From the human T2T-CHM13v2.0 reference genome, Homo sapiens, in assembly GCF_009914755.1 (NCBI RefSeq), contig NC_060938.1: a stretch of DNA of 64,000 bases; one strand, 5' to 3'. Positions 41,651 to 59,262 of the stretch are shown here, piece by piece. Every line of letters begins with the position of its first letter. Position 1 is the stretch's first letter. Below the pieces are notes generated by a model that worked only from the letters and a program-made list of their open reading frames with translations, made no database searches and was not told the DNA's origin. The translations under genes and the position numbers were made by a program.

Positions 41651-44600
41651 CTTTAGACTACAATGAGTACCATTGCACATTCATAGTCCAAATCCTGCTC
41701 AAATTTACCTTGTAGCTCACCCTGAACTTGAACCATACAGGGAGGAATACTTTGGAAATTATAGTTCCACATTAGGTATGTCAGTGCAGTACAAAGGCAA
41801 CAAACTATGTTCCCAAATTTCTGCAATTTTCATGCCTCACTCCTATAATCATCAACAACAACAGCAACTCACAAACACCAAAAAAAATACACTTGTAGTA
41901 TGTAGGTAGTGCCTATTCAGGCCTTTAAGGCCAAGAGGGTTTTGGTAAATATTAACTAGCAGTCATATGCCTTGCAGGATTGAGGAACTTTCATGAGAAC
42001 ATCACAAGGATGATGAACTCCTTCAAAGGACTTAATGTCTTTCACAGGATTATTCCCTCTGGAATAATCAACTGAAACAGTAATCCTTAATTCAAAGATT
42101 TTTGGAGGATTATATTTTACCTCATTCTCTCCCATATAATGTGTATAGTTCAGAGTTTTTAAAAAATAATTTTTTAGTAGTACAACCCTTTCTTCAGATG
42201 AAATCTTAATCAGAAGTGGGAATAAATAAAACATAAAGCAGCGCTTCTACTTGGAAGTGTAAAGAAATAAGAAAGATAAAAATTGAACACCTCTGGTTGA
42301 AACAGAGAAGGAGGAGTATTTGCATCACAAAGGTGGCTATTCACTGCAGATCTTACCATTTTTCTTTTTTATATACTTTAAATTTTAGTACATTAGGGTA
42401 CATCTACAGGTTTTTGTAAGCACTATTCTCAGCCTATACCGTATACGGAAACCTCTTTCACCAATGAATACAGGTAAGAGAAAACAGGTAAGGAAAAACA
42501 CAAAATATGAATTTGGGGGCAAAAGTGATTTGAAGTCTAAAGAAGAAAGTTGTCACAGTTTTCCCTAACATTAGCATTGCCATTTGTTCCGATAGCTAAG
42601 GCTACCTTGATATCCTGGGAGACCAAGGTAAACATCTTCTTTTATCCAGATTTTCATTATCTTGAAAAAAGGTATCAATTTTTATGAAACCTCTGCAAAC
42701 CATTATTTCTTGTAATCCCCAGACACAACGGGTACGTTAACAACATTGTTGAAACAAGAACCGTCCTTTTTTGAAAATGTTTCAGATATTGCTACAGAAT
42801 GCAGATGTTCTCCTGAAAAAGCTCCTAAAGATCTGAAAATTATATCCCCACATCCTCTAGGCACTGAGTAGATCTGCAAAACAATGTGTTTGATTGACAG
42901 GAGAGAACTATTTCAAATGCCAGTGGGTAGCCTTCCAGGGAACAAGACTACAACAATAATGTTTTTCCCCCTACTGCTAATGGCCAATCCTGGCATTGAG
43001 CCCTTGGCTGCTGCTCCCCAACATGGGCATCCTTTTAGGAAATGTGCCTGCCACAGCTTGCCTCAGACTGATACGGTGTCAAGATGCAGAGAAAAGAAAT
43101 GAGTTTAAGAAAGAAACAACTGGACTCTATCAGCATTGTATTCATTAGTGTGCAAGGTGGAGTTAACTGGAAGGACAAATAGGTTTTTTCTCAGACAGAA
43201 AGTCCATTTGTTCACTATGGTACATACCAGCTTCTGAAGATGGAACATCCTAATGTCCTAACTCCCATCTATGTTTAAATACAGAACACACTTCTCTTGT
43301 ATTCATATTTTTGTTTTTATCTTTTTGAACTTTGATCTTAACAGGAATCCTCAGAAATCAAGGACAACAAAATATCTTAAACCAAAGTGGAGCTTATCTA
43401 GTTGTTCATACCCTATGCTCATATAGTTGTCCAGACTGTAAGATGACACTGATGACGGCAGCTGAGATCCAAATGTACAAACACGGATTAAGGGAAAATG
43501 CCCTGCTTCATGATTCCATAGCATATGGACAAAGATTGCCCTTTGCCTCATAGTTGTAGCTGCTATTTGAAAATCTTGGTGTGCAGGATTTGACTGTGCC
43601 TCCTAGGCTTAGAGTTGGCTCAAAGCCTTTTCTTGAAAAACTAAAAATAAATATAATAACTGCCATCGAGAATGGTAATGTAACTCAATAAAGAATATGA
43701 TAAAAGGGACTACAAAAATCATCCTTCTAAAAAGGCTAGTTTTCTAAAGGTGGCTATGCAATATTTTCTACATATTGATATGATGAGTGTAAGATTAAAA
43801 TTGGGTCTGTTTTAACAGACACTAATCAGGTAAATTTAATACATGTTCCTAAAAATTATAATATTATACACTTCTTCAGAGTTTCAAATATCTGCAAGAA
43901 ATGGTTAAATAATCTGAGGAAAAAAATTAACTTTTCAAAATAATATTTTCCAGGTGTTTCTAAAGGTTAGAAAAATTGGTACTTGTCAAATAAGAATGGG
44001 TAGAAAAATCAGAAATATGCACACCATTCAAAACCATTATAATATGTGACTCTGGCATTCTTCCATCCATATATAATTAAATTACATTAGGCATTTATTG
44101 AAGTACACTGTATGTCCAGCATTGAACTAGATGCTAGAAATAGAAATAGAAATGACATTTATTTGTTGACTTCAAAGTAGAGCTCAAAATTTAATGGACG
44201 AAATAGAAAGCGTCAGAGATTGAATACAAAGTTAAAATTCCTTTTTGGTTAGGCTCACTTGGTAAACCATACCATGGACAACCCACATTCCTTATTAAGG
44301 TACGTTTGTACTAACATGTTAAAAACATCATGTGACGAGTAATATACAAATAGTGTGAACCAAGTGCTCTGGCAATGTATTGGTAAGGCTTCCCAAAAGT
44401 CAGAACAACTGAACAGGGGCTGGCCCAATGAATAACATTTACTCAGCTTAGAAAGAAGGGAGGAAAAAGTTGGAACAACATGATCTATGGAGATGTGAGA
44501 GTGTGTCATGTCTGAAGAAAGAAAACCCATTGTTTACATTGTTTAGAAATATATAACAGTAATAAGGGAATGTGAGGTTAATAAAAGATTACAGTCATAC

Positions 44601-45129
44601 CATAAAGTAAATAAGTAGTCCAATTTACTGTTAGAATAAATTGATCTTCTGAATTTTGTGGTTCTAGAATTGACAATGATAGAGGTCTTTGTTTCATTCA
44701 GAGTTTCTATTTGCTATCTCAAACTCCTACATGTTTGATTTCCATTTCACAATAAAGCAAACCATAAAGGCTAACCTCATAGCTACATGTCCTCATTAAT
44801 ATATCATAAACTTTAGCATAGAGTCTGAAGCAAAGCATAGCATACGTTTAAAAAAATAGGAAGAATTTGAAGATAACAGTTCACGGATTATTATAGTGTA
44901 TTTCTGTTCAAAAGGTTAAAACAAAACAAATATTAGATGGAAGCAACTTTGACTGGGATAGCAATAGTGAAATGGAAAAGAAGAGACAAACTAGAGGAGC
45001 ACTTTGAAATAAGAATCAAAATTAGTGTAAAGAGAAGTAGATGTCCTACATTCCAAATTCTGGGAGAATAGAATACCACTTGCCATTGGGAAAATTGAGA
45101 AAGATACTGTTGAGATGAAGTCATCTGCG

Positions 45130-45702
45130 TCTACTGTTTTGTCACTTGCCAATCTCTCTTGCTTGGTGGCTTCTAGTTAGAAGGAGGCACTGGGGGAAAA
45201 TGGAAGGTGAGTTGCGGTAAAAGATGCTCTCAGTCTCAAGCCTTCCCTTCGTCAGTATCTTTCAGCACTTCAGTATACACAGAGCAGAGTGTCTCCTCAG
45301 TCCTAGCACCAGTGTATATCACACCCCCTTAGCAATCTTGGACACTGGCTGCCCAGATCTCCCTTGGCATCTCTAGCACTGGCTTCACAATACTTGCTCC
45401 GTGGTTTCAGAACTGTCTAGGTAGTGCCTCCTTGAGTACCAAGCCCTTGCTGGCGCTCCAAGTAGCACAACACAGGGGTGTTCCCAGCCTCTTATAATGC
45501 CAACTCTTTTCCCTTGTTACCCCAGCCTGAAGTATTCTAAAATAGCTGTATCCTACATTAATGTCTGGATTACATCACCTTCTTCTTTTTGTTCTTTCAG
45601 CTCTATATTAACACATTTGTTACTAGTTACTTATATGTAATCATCTCTGTTTGAAAAACAAAGCATTATTTCTCTTTTACTGACTAGACCCTAAGTTAGC
45701 CA
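45130..45702 (+). mobile_element. LTR33-like ERVL LTR
   Basis: ggtggcttctagttag..gaggcactggggg..; 3' end tctcttttactgactagaccct. Confidence 0.55.
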
Positions 45703-47669
45703 GTGCTTATTACCAACAGTGGACCATGGAAATAGTCACCAAGATTGGATTCTTAGAGTGAGTTGCTGAGCTGTGTGAGTTTAAATGCAGGGATGTCATA
45801 AATTCCACTAGAAAATGTGAAACTAGTAATATACAGCAAGTACTGGAATAATGGTTTCTTAAATTATTAACTGAGATTACTTGAGAGTAAACTGCCTATA
45901 AAAGGTAACAATTTGGGAGAATAATAGAGTGCTGCACTTAACTATTATGGTAAGGATGGTGATTTTAAATACTGTGGGGTGAGGTGTTGCTTCTGAAGAG
46001 TTTACAGAAATAAAATTTAAAACTCAAGGCTTTAAAATTTCTACCACAAGATATGGTCAAAAAATATCCATAGCAGCCGTACAAGAACCACTTATTTATT
46101 TATTTTCAGTGCACAGCAGGTATGGCTGAAAATTAGGTTAAAAATCTAGTTGAGCCAGATGCTATATTATAAACTGAACTCATACACTTGCCAAGTATGT
46201 TATTTGAAAGTAAAGGTGTTTATTGGAAAAGAAGATACATACTAAGACTTCAAATGGGGACGCTTGGATAGCCGTGGAAGAATCTGAGATATGTGAGCAT
46301 CTTTGGCCAAGTAAAAGAAATATCTCCCTTTAGCAATAGCAAGATGGCTGAATAGGAACAGCTCCAGTCTGCAGCTCCCAGTGAGATCAACACAGAAGGT
46401 GGGTGACTTCTGCATTTCCAACTGAGGTACACAGCTCACCTCACTGGGACTGGTTAGATAGTGGGTACAGCCCACAGAGGGCGAGCAGAAGCAGGGTGGG
46501 GCATTGCCTCACACAGGAAGCCCAAGGGGTCGAGGAACTCCCTCCCCTAGCCAAGGGAAGCCGTGAGGGACTGTGCCATGAGGAACAGTGCATCTTGGCC
46601 CAGATACTATACTTTTCCAACGGTCTTCACAACCTGCAGACCAGGAGATTCCCTTAGGTTCCTATGCCACCAGGGACCTGAATTTCAAGCACAAAACTGG
46701 GCAGTTGTTTGGGCAGACACAAAGCTAGCTGCAGGAGTTTTTTCTTCATACCCCAGTGGTGCCTGGAATGCCAGCAAGTAGAACCATTCACTCCCCTCGA
46801 AAGGGAGCTGAAGCAAGGGAGCCAAGTGATCTCATTCATCAGATCCCACCCACACAGAGCACAGCAAGCTAAGATCCACAGGCTTGAAATTCTCCCTCCC
46901 AGCACAGCAGTCTGAAGTCAACCAGGGACATTTTAGCTTGGTAGTGGGAGGGACATCCGCCATTACTGAGGCTTGAGTAGGCAGTTTTCTCCACACAGTG
47001 TAAGCAAATCCCCAGGAAGTTCAAACTGGGCGGAGTCCACTGAAGCTCTGCAAAGCTGCTGTAGCCATACTGCCTCTCTAGATTCCTCCTCTCTGGGCAG
47101 GACATCTCTGAAAGAAAGGCAGCAGCCCCAGTCAGGGGCTTATAGATAAAACTCCCATCTCCCTGGGACAGAGTACCTGGGGAAGAGGCAGCTGTGGGGG
47201 CAGCTTCAACAGACTTAAATGTTCCTGCCTGCCAGCTCTGAAGACAGCAGCAGATCTCCCAGCACAGCACTCAAGCTCTGCTAAGGGACAGAGTACCTCC
47301 TCAAGTGGGTCCCTGACCCCCATGCCTCCTGACTGGGAAACACCTCCCAGCAGGGGTCGACAGACACCTCCTACAGGAGAACTCCAGCTGGCATCTGGCA
47401 GGTGCCCCTCTGGGACAAAGCCTTCAGAAGAAGGAACAGGCAGCAATGTTTGCTGTTCTGCAGCCTCTGCTGGTGATACCCAGGCAAACAGGGTCTGGAG
47501 TGGACCTCCAGCAAACTCCAGCAGACTTGCAGCAGAGGGGCCTAACTGTTAGAAGGGAAACTATCAAACAGAAAGGAATAGCATCAGCATCAACAAAAAA
47601 GACATCCACACAGAAACCCCATCCGAAAGTAACCAACATCAAAGACAAAAGGTACATACATCTACAAAG

Positions 47670-48676
47670 ATGAGGAAAAACCAGTGCAAAAAGGCTGAAA
47701 ATTCCAAAAACCAGAACTCCTCTTCTCCTTCAAAGGATCACAATTCCTTGCCAGCAAGGGAACAAAACTGGATGGAGAATTAGTTTGATGAATTGACAGA
47801 AGTAGGCTTCAGAAGGTGGGTAATAACAAACTCCTCCGAGCTAAAGAAGCATGTTCTAATCCAATGCAAGGAAGCTACAAACCTCGATAAACAGTTACAG
47901 GAACTCCTAGCTAGAATAACCAGTTTAGAGAAGAACATAAACGACCTGATAGAGCTGAAAAACACAGCATGAGAACTTCGTGAAGCATACACAAGTATCA
48001 ATAGCCAAATCAATCAAGTTGAAGAAAGGATATCAGAGATTGAAGATCAACTTAATGAAATAAAGCATGAAGACAAGATTAGAGACAAAAGAATAAAAAG
48101 GAACGAACAAAGCCTCCAAGAAATATGGGACTATGTGTAAACACCAAACCTACATTTGATTGGCATGCCTGAAAGTGACGGGGAGAATGGAAGCAAGTTG
48201 GAAAACACTCTTCAGGATATTATCCAGGGGAACTTCCCCAACCTAGCAAGACAAGCCAACATTCAAATTCAGGAAATACCAAGAACACCACAGAGATACT
48301 CCTTGAGAAGAGCAACCCCAAGACACATAATCATCAGATTCACCAAGGTTGAAATGAAGGAAAAAATGTTAAGGGCAACCAGAGAAAGGTCGGGTTACCC
48401 ACAAAGAGAAGCCTATCAGACTAACAGCTGATCTCTCTGCAGAAACCCTACAAGTCAATATTCAACATTCTTAAAGAAAAGAATTTTCAACCCAGAATTT
48501 CATATCCAGCCAAACTAAGCTTCATAAGTGAAGAAGAAATAAAATCCTTTACAGACAAGCAAATGCTGAGAGATTTTGTCACCACCAGGCCTGCCTTACA
48601 AGGGCTTCTGAAGAAAGCACTAAATAAGGAAAGAAAAAAGCAGTACCAGCCACTGCAAAAACATACCAAATTGTAA
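47670..48676 (+). pseudogene. L1 ORF1p, disrupted
   Basis: ATGAGGAAAAACCAG start; IGMPESDGENGSKLENTLQDIIQ.NFPNLARQANIQIQE; several premature stops. Confidence 0.92.
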
Positions 48677-48739
48677 AGACTGTTGACAGTACGAAGAAAC
48701 TGCATCAACTAACAAGCAAAATAACCAGCTAGCATCTTA

Positions 48740-52560
<3,821 letters not shown>

Positions 52561-54399
52561 ACAAAGAGAACACATGGACACAGGGAGGGGAACATCACAC
52601 ACCAGGGTCTGTCAGGGGGTTGGGGGCTAGGGGAGGGATAGCATTAGGAGAAATACCCAATGTAAATGACGAGTTGATGGGTTCAGCAAATCACCATGGC
52701 ACATGTATACCTATGTAACAAACCTGCATGTTCTGCACATGTATCCCAGAACTTAAAGTATAATAATAATTAAAAAACGCCCTTACTGAATATGGAGACT
52801 AATCATCCATTGCTTGAATACTGTAGCAACTTTACTGAAGGCAGTTGCCTTGCAAAGGGATAATTATTTTCCTTATGATAACCTCACCATCCATCATTAC
52901 TTTTATACTCATAACTAGAATCTGATTACTTATTCCCCAATAAGAACAAGTACAAAATCTGACCCAAGAAGAGATAACTTGAACAGAAAAATATTTGCAA
53001 GATTTCTCTAATTTATATCAGCAAACACCTGAAGAATATGGATAGGAATAGATTCTAAGAATGTTAAGCAAAAAAAAGGGAATACAATATTGTATTAGGC
53101 CAAAGTTTTTACACTGGGTGCACTTACCTGACACACTGGAATTAATGTGTTAGCTTAAGCAACTAAAAATTGCTCTGATAGTTGGCTTTGTCAGTTGACT
53201 AAGGCGGGGCTCAACAGTGATCCATATTCAGTGGCCTATATTTAAAGTTTAGATGATGGAACTTCCCTAACATAATGTAGGGGGAGGAATCTCAAAACAG
53301 GCAGATGAAAATGTTAGAGTGGATTTACTGTATGTGACCCATCCTATTTCCAACTATTTCTCTGGAAGACCCAGAAGGCACTCCATTTTCTTAGACATTG
53401 AAAAATGTATTCGTGAGAGGAAAACCAACATCATTGGAAAACTCTGTGGTGCCTGTTCTCTGAAGGTTAGGGATGATAATGGGCCATATGCCACTGACCT
53501 GAGTTCCCTAATTTCAATGAGCGATATAGGGCCTCAAGTGCCAGAGGCCTAATGCCTTGAAAATATGAGCACACTTACTGTAACAGACAGAGGGGAATGA
53601 TCAGATAGCAATCAGACAGGGATCTCTGTTTTGACAGGGATCATTGATGGTAGCTAAATAACCATGGTGTCCTTAGAATGAAATTAATGAATTGTCAGTT
53701 AATTCATTTATAGCTAGAAATTAATTAATTGATATCTAGAAAAACTCTAGGAATCCCAAATGCTACCATCATTCACTAGTCAAAGCAGGAAATGATGATG
53801 TTGGATGATATATGGAATTCTGGCCTGGATTTGCCTCACAATGTGCTTAGTTGTCTGTGGTTATTTCCTCAGTTCCAGGTTAAATAATTATAATAGGCTG
53901 GTAGAATCCTCACGTTGATGCCCTGAGCAGTGGAGTGAGAAACACCAGAATAGTAAACCTAAAGCAACATCATATTCTTATGGAAATTTCCAGGATTATT
54001 GTCATCATTAAAACTTGAAAAATAAAGAACTGATGATACTTACAAACTCTCAATATTCTCAGCTGTGCAAAAGGCAGATGAGCATTGGTGAATATCTGTG
54101 GATTATGACAAACTTAATTATGTGGTGATTCCAACTGCAGCTGCTGTTTCCTATGTGGGATTTTAGATATGGGTCAGGCATGAGGAAATCAATGCAGAAA
54201 TTGACTGTGTTGTTTTTCTCTATGCTGATTATACAGAACCACCAAAAGCAGTTTTCTTTCACTTATGCCAACTCTTTGTCATTATCTCCACTTCAAGGAC
54301 CTTAAACACCTTGATGCTGCACAGCTGTATTAGTAAACTCAGCTGGTATCTACCTGAATTAAACTATGATTGTTGACATATTGTATTCTTTAGAGCAGC

Positions 54400-56100
54400 T
54401 GAAACAACATTGGATAATCTATTTTTTAAAGGCTTAGTAGAAGTGAAGCCATGTGAAATAGTAAATTGGCAACTTTGTTTTATCCACAGAAATTAGTCTA
54501 ATTTTTCTTCCTTTTCACTGGTTATTTTTGGTAGATTATACATTTTCACAAAATCATTATTTTATTATTTTATATCTTTAATTTTTTACATCTATTATGG
54601 GCAAAGAGGTGAATTAAAGTCTTCTGTTTATCTTGTAATTTTTGTTTTATGAGGTTGAGATATTTGGTTCATGGATATTCAGCACTACTGTATTTTCATT
54701 GTGAATGATTTTAATATTATGAGGCGCCCTTCTTTAATGTTACAAGGCCAGAATTCTGCCTTACAAGTAGATACCAAGCATCTCCATTTTTCTTTTGGTT
54801 TGCCTTTGTCTTGTATAATTTGCCAATTTGTAATTCTCAACCTTTCTAAATTACTTTGTTTTAGCTAATTATATATAGATAAACAAGAGTATATTTCTAC
54901 ATATTCATAGAGAGTATTTTGCTTTATTGAAGAAATCTTTCTGAAAATGCATGAGCTAAGTTCATTTACATTTATTGATGTAAAAGATATTTCTGATCTT
55001 ATTTCTACGGTGTAATATCACATTACTTTTTTCTTCATACAATTTTTTAAAAGACAAATTAGTGGTCTCATTTGTTTGCTTCATGTTTTATGTGTAGTTC
55101 CTCTGATAGGAAGGTCTGACTTTTTTACAGTAAATATTCCTATTTTGAATAATAATAAAATAGTATCCCATTTTTGTTTTTGTTTTCTTCACCTGTTCTC
55201 TACTTTATAATTTCTGTCAACATTAACTTTATCAACACTTACATTTGTACTTTTAAATACACCTATAATTATTTTTCTCAGCCTTGTAGGGTTCCTTTGA
55301 CTTCTAGCTAACAGAGTACTTTTGTAATTAGTATACTTATCTCCCATTTACTTTCTTCCTTCACAATTTTAGGTAGCTGTGTGATTTCTACATATATAGG
55401 CATATAACTTTCACATTATATTTTGTCCTAAATTTCGTATTTGTCTGAATTATGGTTTTATAGTTACATATATTCCATGCTCCCCATGAATTGTTTTGCT
55501 ACAATTTCCCCCAGCTCATCTCTGGGTTGAAATTAATTTTCTAGTAGTTTCCTCAAGAAAGACTCTTTGGAAAATGATTCCTTCGTTCCTACATGTTCAG
55601 CACTGTTTATCTTACATGTTCAGCATTGTTGAATAAAAAATTCTTGGCTCACAACTTCTTCCCTTGAGTATTCTGCAGCTCCTTCTCCACTGTCTATTGC
55701 TGTGGTAAAATCTATGGACAGCTTTATTTTTCCCCCCTAATAAGTGTCTTGTTCTTTTAATGCTACTGCCCAAAAGAATCTTTTTTTTTTCTTTATAATC
55801 CAGGAAATTTACTAGGCTTGGTCCCAACATTTAATTTTCTGGGTCAGTTTTTTTTTCTGGATGAAATGGGCCCTTACAATATCTAGATTCAAATTTTTTG
55901 TCCACTTGTTTTTTGTTCTTTATCTCAGGAAAGCTTTTTTGAGTTATATCTTGAACTTATTGTTTGTTCCATTGTTTTGATTTTATTTTTTAAACACTGT
56001 AGCTATGCATCATTTGGATATCTGTTGCTTATCTTCTATAATGCCTTTTGCTCTCTCATTCTTTAAAACTTTTTCTTTAATTCTGCATTATTTTGCTTTG
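54400..56100 (-). mobile_element. Old L1M fragment(s)
   Basis: T-rich antisense L1M-like sequence; ORF 55612..55830 RILKGRSCEPRIFYSTML resembles the ORF1 C-terminus (PRILYPAKL). Confidence 0.55.
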
Positions 56101-56284
56101 TTGACTAGGCTATTTTTGGAAGCTTTTAAGTGTATTTTTGTATCTATGAATTATGCCTGTTCCCTAGTTTTATAGAAGCTAGAGATTGTGGGTCTTTGTT
56201 CATTTTTTTTAAATTGTTATTAATTTTAACTAATTTCCAAGGAAGAGAGATGATGTCTTAGTTTCATGTTTGTATAAGAAGGCC

Positions 56285-57800
56285 CTCTAAGTATTCAAAT
56301 TAAAATCAGTAACAAGAGAAGGCTGCCCTCTATCACTACTGCTTATTTAAAGTCTTACTGCAGATTTGGGCACATAGTTAAAAAAAGGGGGAAAAAATGT
56401 CATAAAGATTGAAAAAGAAATAAATTAACATTCTTCACAAATATTCACAAGTGTATGATATTCTTTTCCCCCAAAGGAAGAAATATATTACTTTTCTACA
56501 TAGAAAACTCAAATTAATATATTTACAAATTATTAAAATTAATGAGTTATAAGAGAAGCTAGACAAGATATCAATATGGAAATATCAATTGTATGTCTGT
56601 ACCACAGAAATAAACAGTACAAAGTGCCATTTAAAAAGTTTGCAGTAGCCACAAAATATTTAAGGTACCCAGGAATAATTCTGAAAAGTTATAAAGCAGT
56701 TAAAGACTTATATGGAGAAAAATCATAAAATTTTGTAGAACAATATAAAAGAGATCCTAAAATGAAATTGTATGCTCTTCATGGTTAAAATGATTCAATA
56801 CCAAAATGAGGTCAAACCTGCCACAGATTGAGCTAAAGATTTAATGTGGTTAAAGGCATGGCTGGATTTTATAAGGAACTTGATAAACTAATGGTAAAGT
56901 GTATATGAAAAGGAAAAAGAGTCCATTAGAGTCAAGGTGATCCTGAAGAAGAAGAAAAGAGTGAGTTGCCCTACAAATTACAAAGACGTGAATTTACACT
57001 GACATGGGAGAGTATGATAATGGCATAGGGCTAGACAAAGGCTGGAAACATGACTGTGTATATACATTTATTTTATGACAGAGATTGCATTGTGAATCAC
57101 TGAGTAAATAAAGAACTATTCAATAAATGAGGCTTAAGTAGTTGATTGTCCATAAGGAAAAAAAAAATAAATCTACTGGACTTCTACTTCAGTTCCAGAT
57201 AGATTAAGACTTACATATGAAAGTATAACTTTTTTAAAAAACTGAGAAGATAATACAGAAGAATATCTGCATAACCTTAGAATAAGGAATAACTTCCTAA
57301 ATAAGACACAAAACTACTAACTGTAATAGAAAATTAAACTATAATTGAAATTTAAAACTTCCATTCATCAAATGACGTCATTAAAAGAGTAAAACAATAC
57401 GCCACAAACTGGTAGAAAAAACTTGCACACATTTAGCCATTAAGGGTTTATTCTTATAAATCAATAGAAAGGGATAATTCCTATAGCGACATAGACAAAG
57501 CAAATCACGGAAGACTACAGACAGGATACAATCACTTCTCTAAAGCTCTAAAACAAGCAAGAGAAAATAAGTCCTGTTTGGGGCTACATATATTTGAATA
57601 AAAACTTTTTTTCATGAAAGGGAGTAAGAAAATTCAAATCAGCATAGTGATCACCTCTAAGAGGAAGAAATGGAGATGGATAAAGTAGAAATACATGGAT
57701 AAATAAATTCAAGGATTTGATCATTTTTAAGTTCTTTGAGTAATGATTTAATTTTTTTATAATTGTTAAAGGAAATCTTTAAAGATTTTCTGTATGTTTT
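56285..57800 (+). mobile_element. Old L1M ORF2/3' fragment
   Basis: aaaatcagtaacaagagaaggctgccctctatcactact ([10 protein letters not shown]-like) followed by degenerate ORF2 landmarks. Confidence 0.7.
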
Positions 57801-57957
57801 ATAACCAAAGTATGGTATTTATATCCTTAAAATCAAGTTTATTTTTGAATTATAATGTACAAACATAAAAATGCATAAATCATAGGTGTATAGGTCAGCA
57901 AAGTACCACAATATGATTATATCCATTAACTACCACCCAAGTTAAGAAATAAAACAT

Positions 57958-58263
57958 GGCCAGGCACAGTGGCTCACACCCGTAATCCCAGCACTTTGGG
58001 AGCTCAAGGCAGGAGGGTCGCTTTAGCTCAGGAGTTAGAGACAAGCCTGGGCAAAATGGTAAGACCCTGTCTGTACAAATAATAAAAATTTAAAAACTAG
58101 TGGGTGTGGTGGTGTGTGCCTGTAGTCCCAGTTACTCAGGAGGCAGAGACAGGAGGATCCCTTGAGCCCAGGAGTTTGAAGCTACAGCTGTGATCATGTC
58201 ACTTCGCCTCAACCTGAGCAAAAGAGCAAGACATTGTCCCCAAGAAAAAAAAAAAAAAAAGCA
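57958..58263 (+). mobile_element. AluJ
   Basis: Alu dimer with J features, A tail, TSD aagaaata(a/g)aacat. Confidence 0.93.
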
Positions 58264-58280
58264 AAGAAATAGAACATTAT

Positions 58281-58281
58281 C

Positions 58282-58320
<39 letters not shown>
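58281..58320. repeat. (CA)n microsatellite
   Basis: About 20 CA units; a shorter (CA)n lies at 41292-41312. Confidence 0.95.
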
Positions 58321-58324
<4 letters not shown>

Positions 58325-58947
58325 TTCTCACTACCTTCGCCTTTTTTCCATAGATAACCAATCACAAATATTCTTTTGCAAGAGTGAAATTTTACGTATA
58401 AAATATCAGAAAGAATTTTAAACAAACAGACTATGTTTCTGTTTACATCAACTGTTTCTAGGAAAATCTTCATCTTCCACCAGATAAGAAATTTTATATA
58501 GTAAGGGAAGAATCAGACACTTACCCCGCTTACAAATAAAACTGCTACACCCTCACAGCCAAAATGGTAGTAAAATTAATACAGTGCCCTGACATTTCCT
58601 GAGAAACTATGATGATAGTTTGGTCCCAAGAAAATCCTCAGATCAGCTCTAAAACACTTTCTACTTGAGAGTTCATCAATGTTTGAACACAGCTGTACTG
58701 TGTCCCATAGTTTTCTCTTTTTTGATCTATCTATGCAAGTTCCTTTAGCCATTCTTTATGCAAGTTCCGTTCTTTATAGAACTTTACCATCTGGATGTAT
58801 CCCTTTGGGTATACGGCAATTTGAAAATGCTCATCCTAAGACATGGTGCCAAGAACTCCATCCAATATATCAGCTGTGTTCTCACCATTGCAGTATCCAC
58901 TAAAGCTATTACCTTCTTGGCACTATACTACTATTAATGTATCATAA

Positions 58948-59262
<315 letters not shown>

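Noticed and set aside
46242-47673. Cluster of overlapping ORFs on both strands
   Set aside because: These are chance ORFs in the GC-rich L1 5'UTR.
55590-55632. Short tandem duplications (also ~13886-13918, ~38786-38820, ~58950-58970)
   Set aside because: Ordinary replication-slippage duplications.
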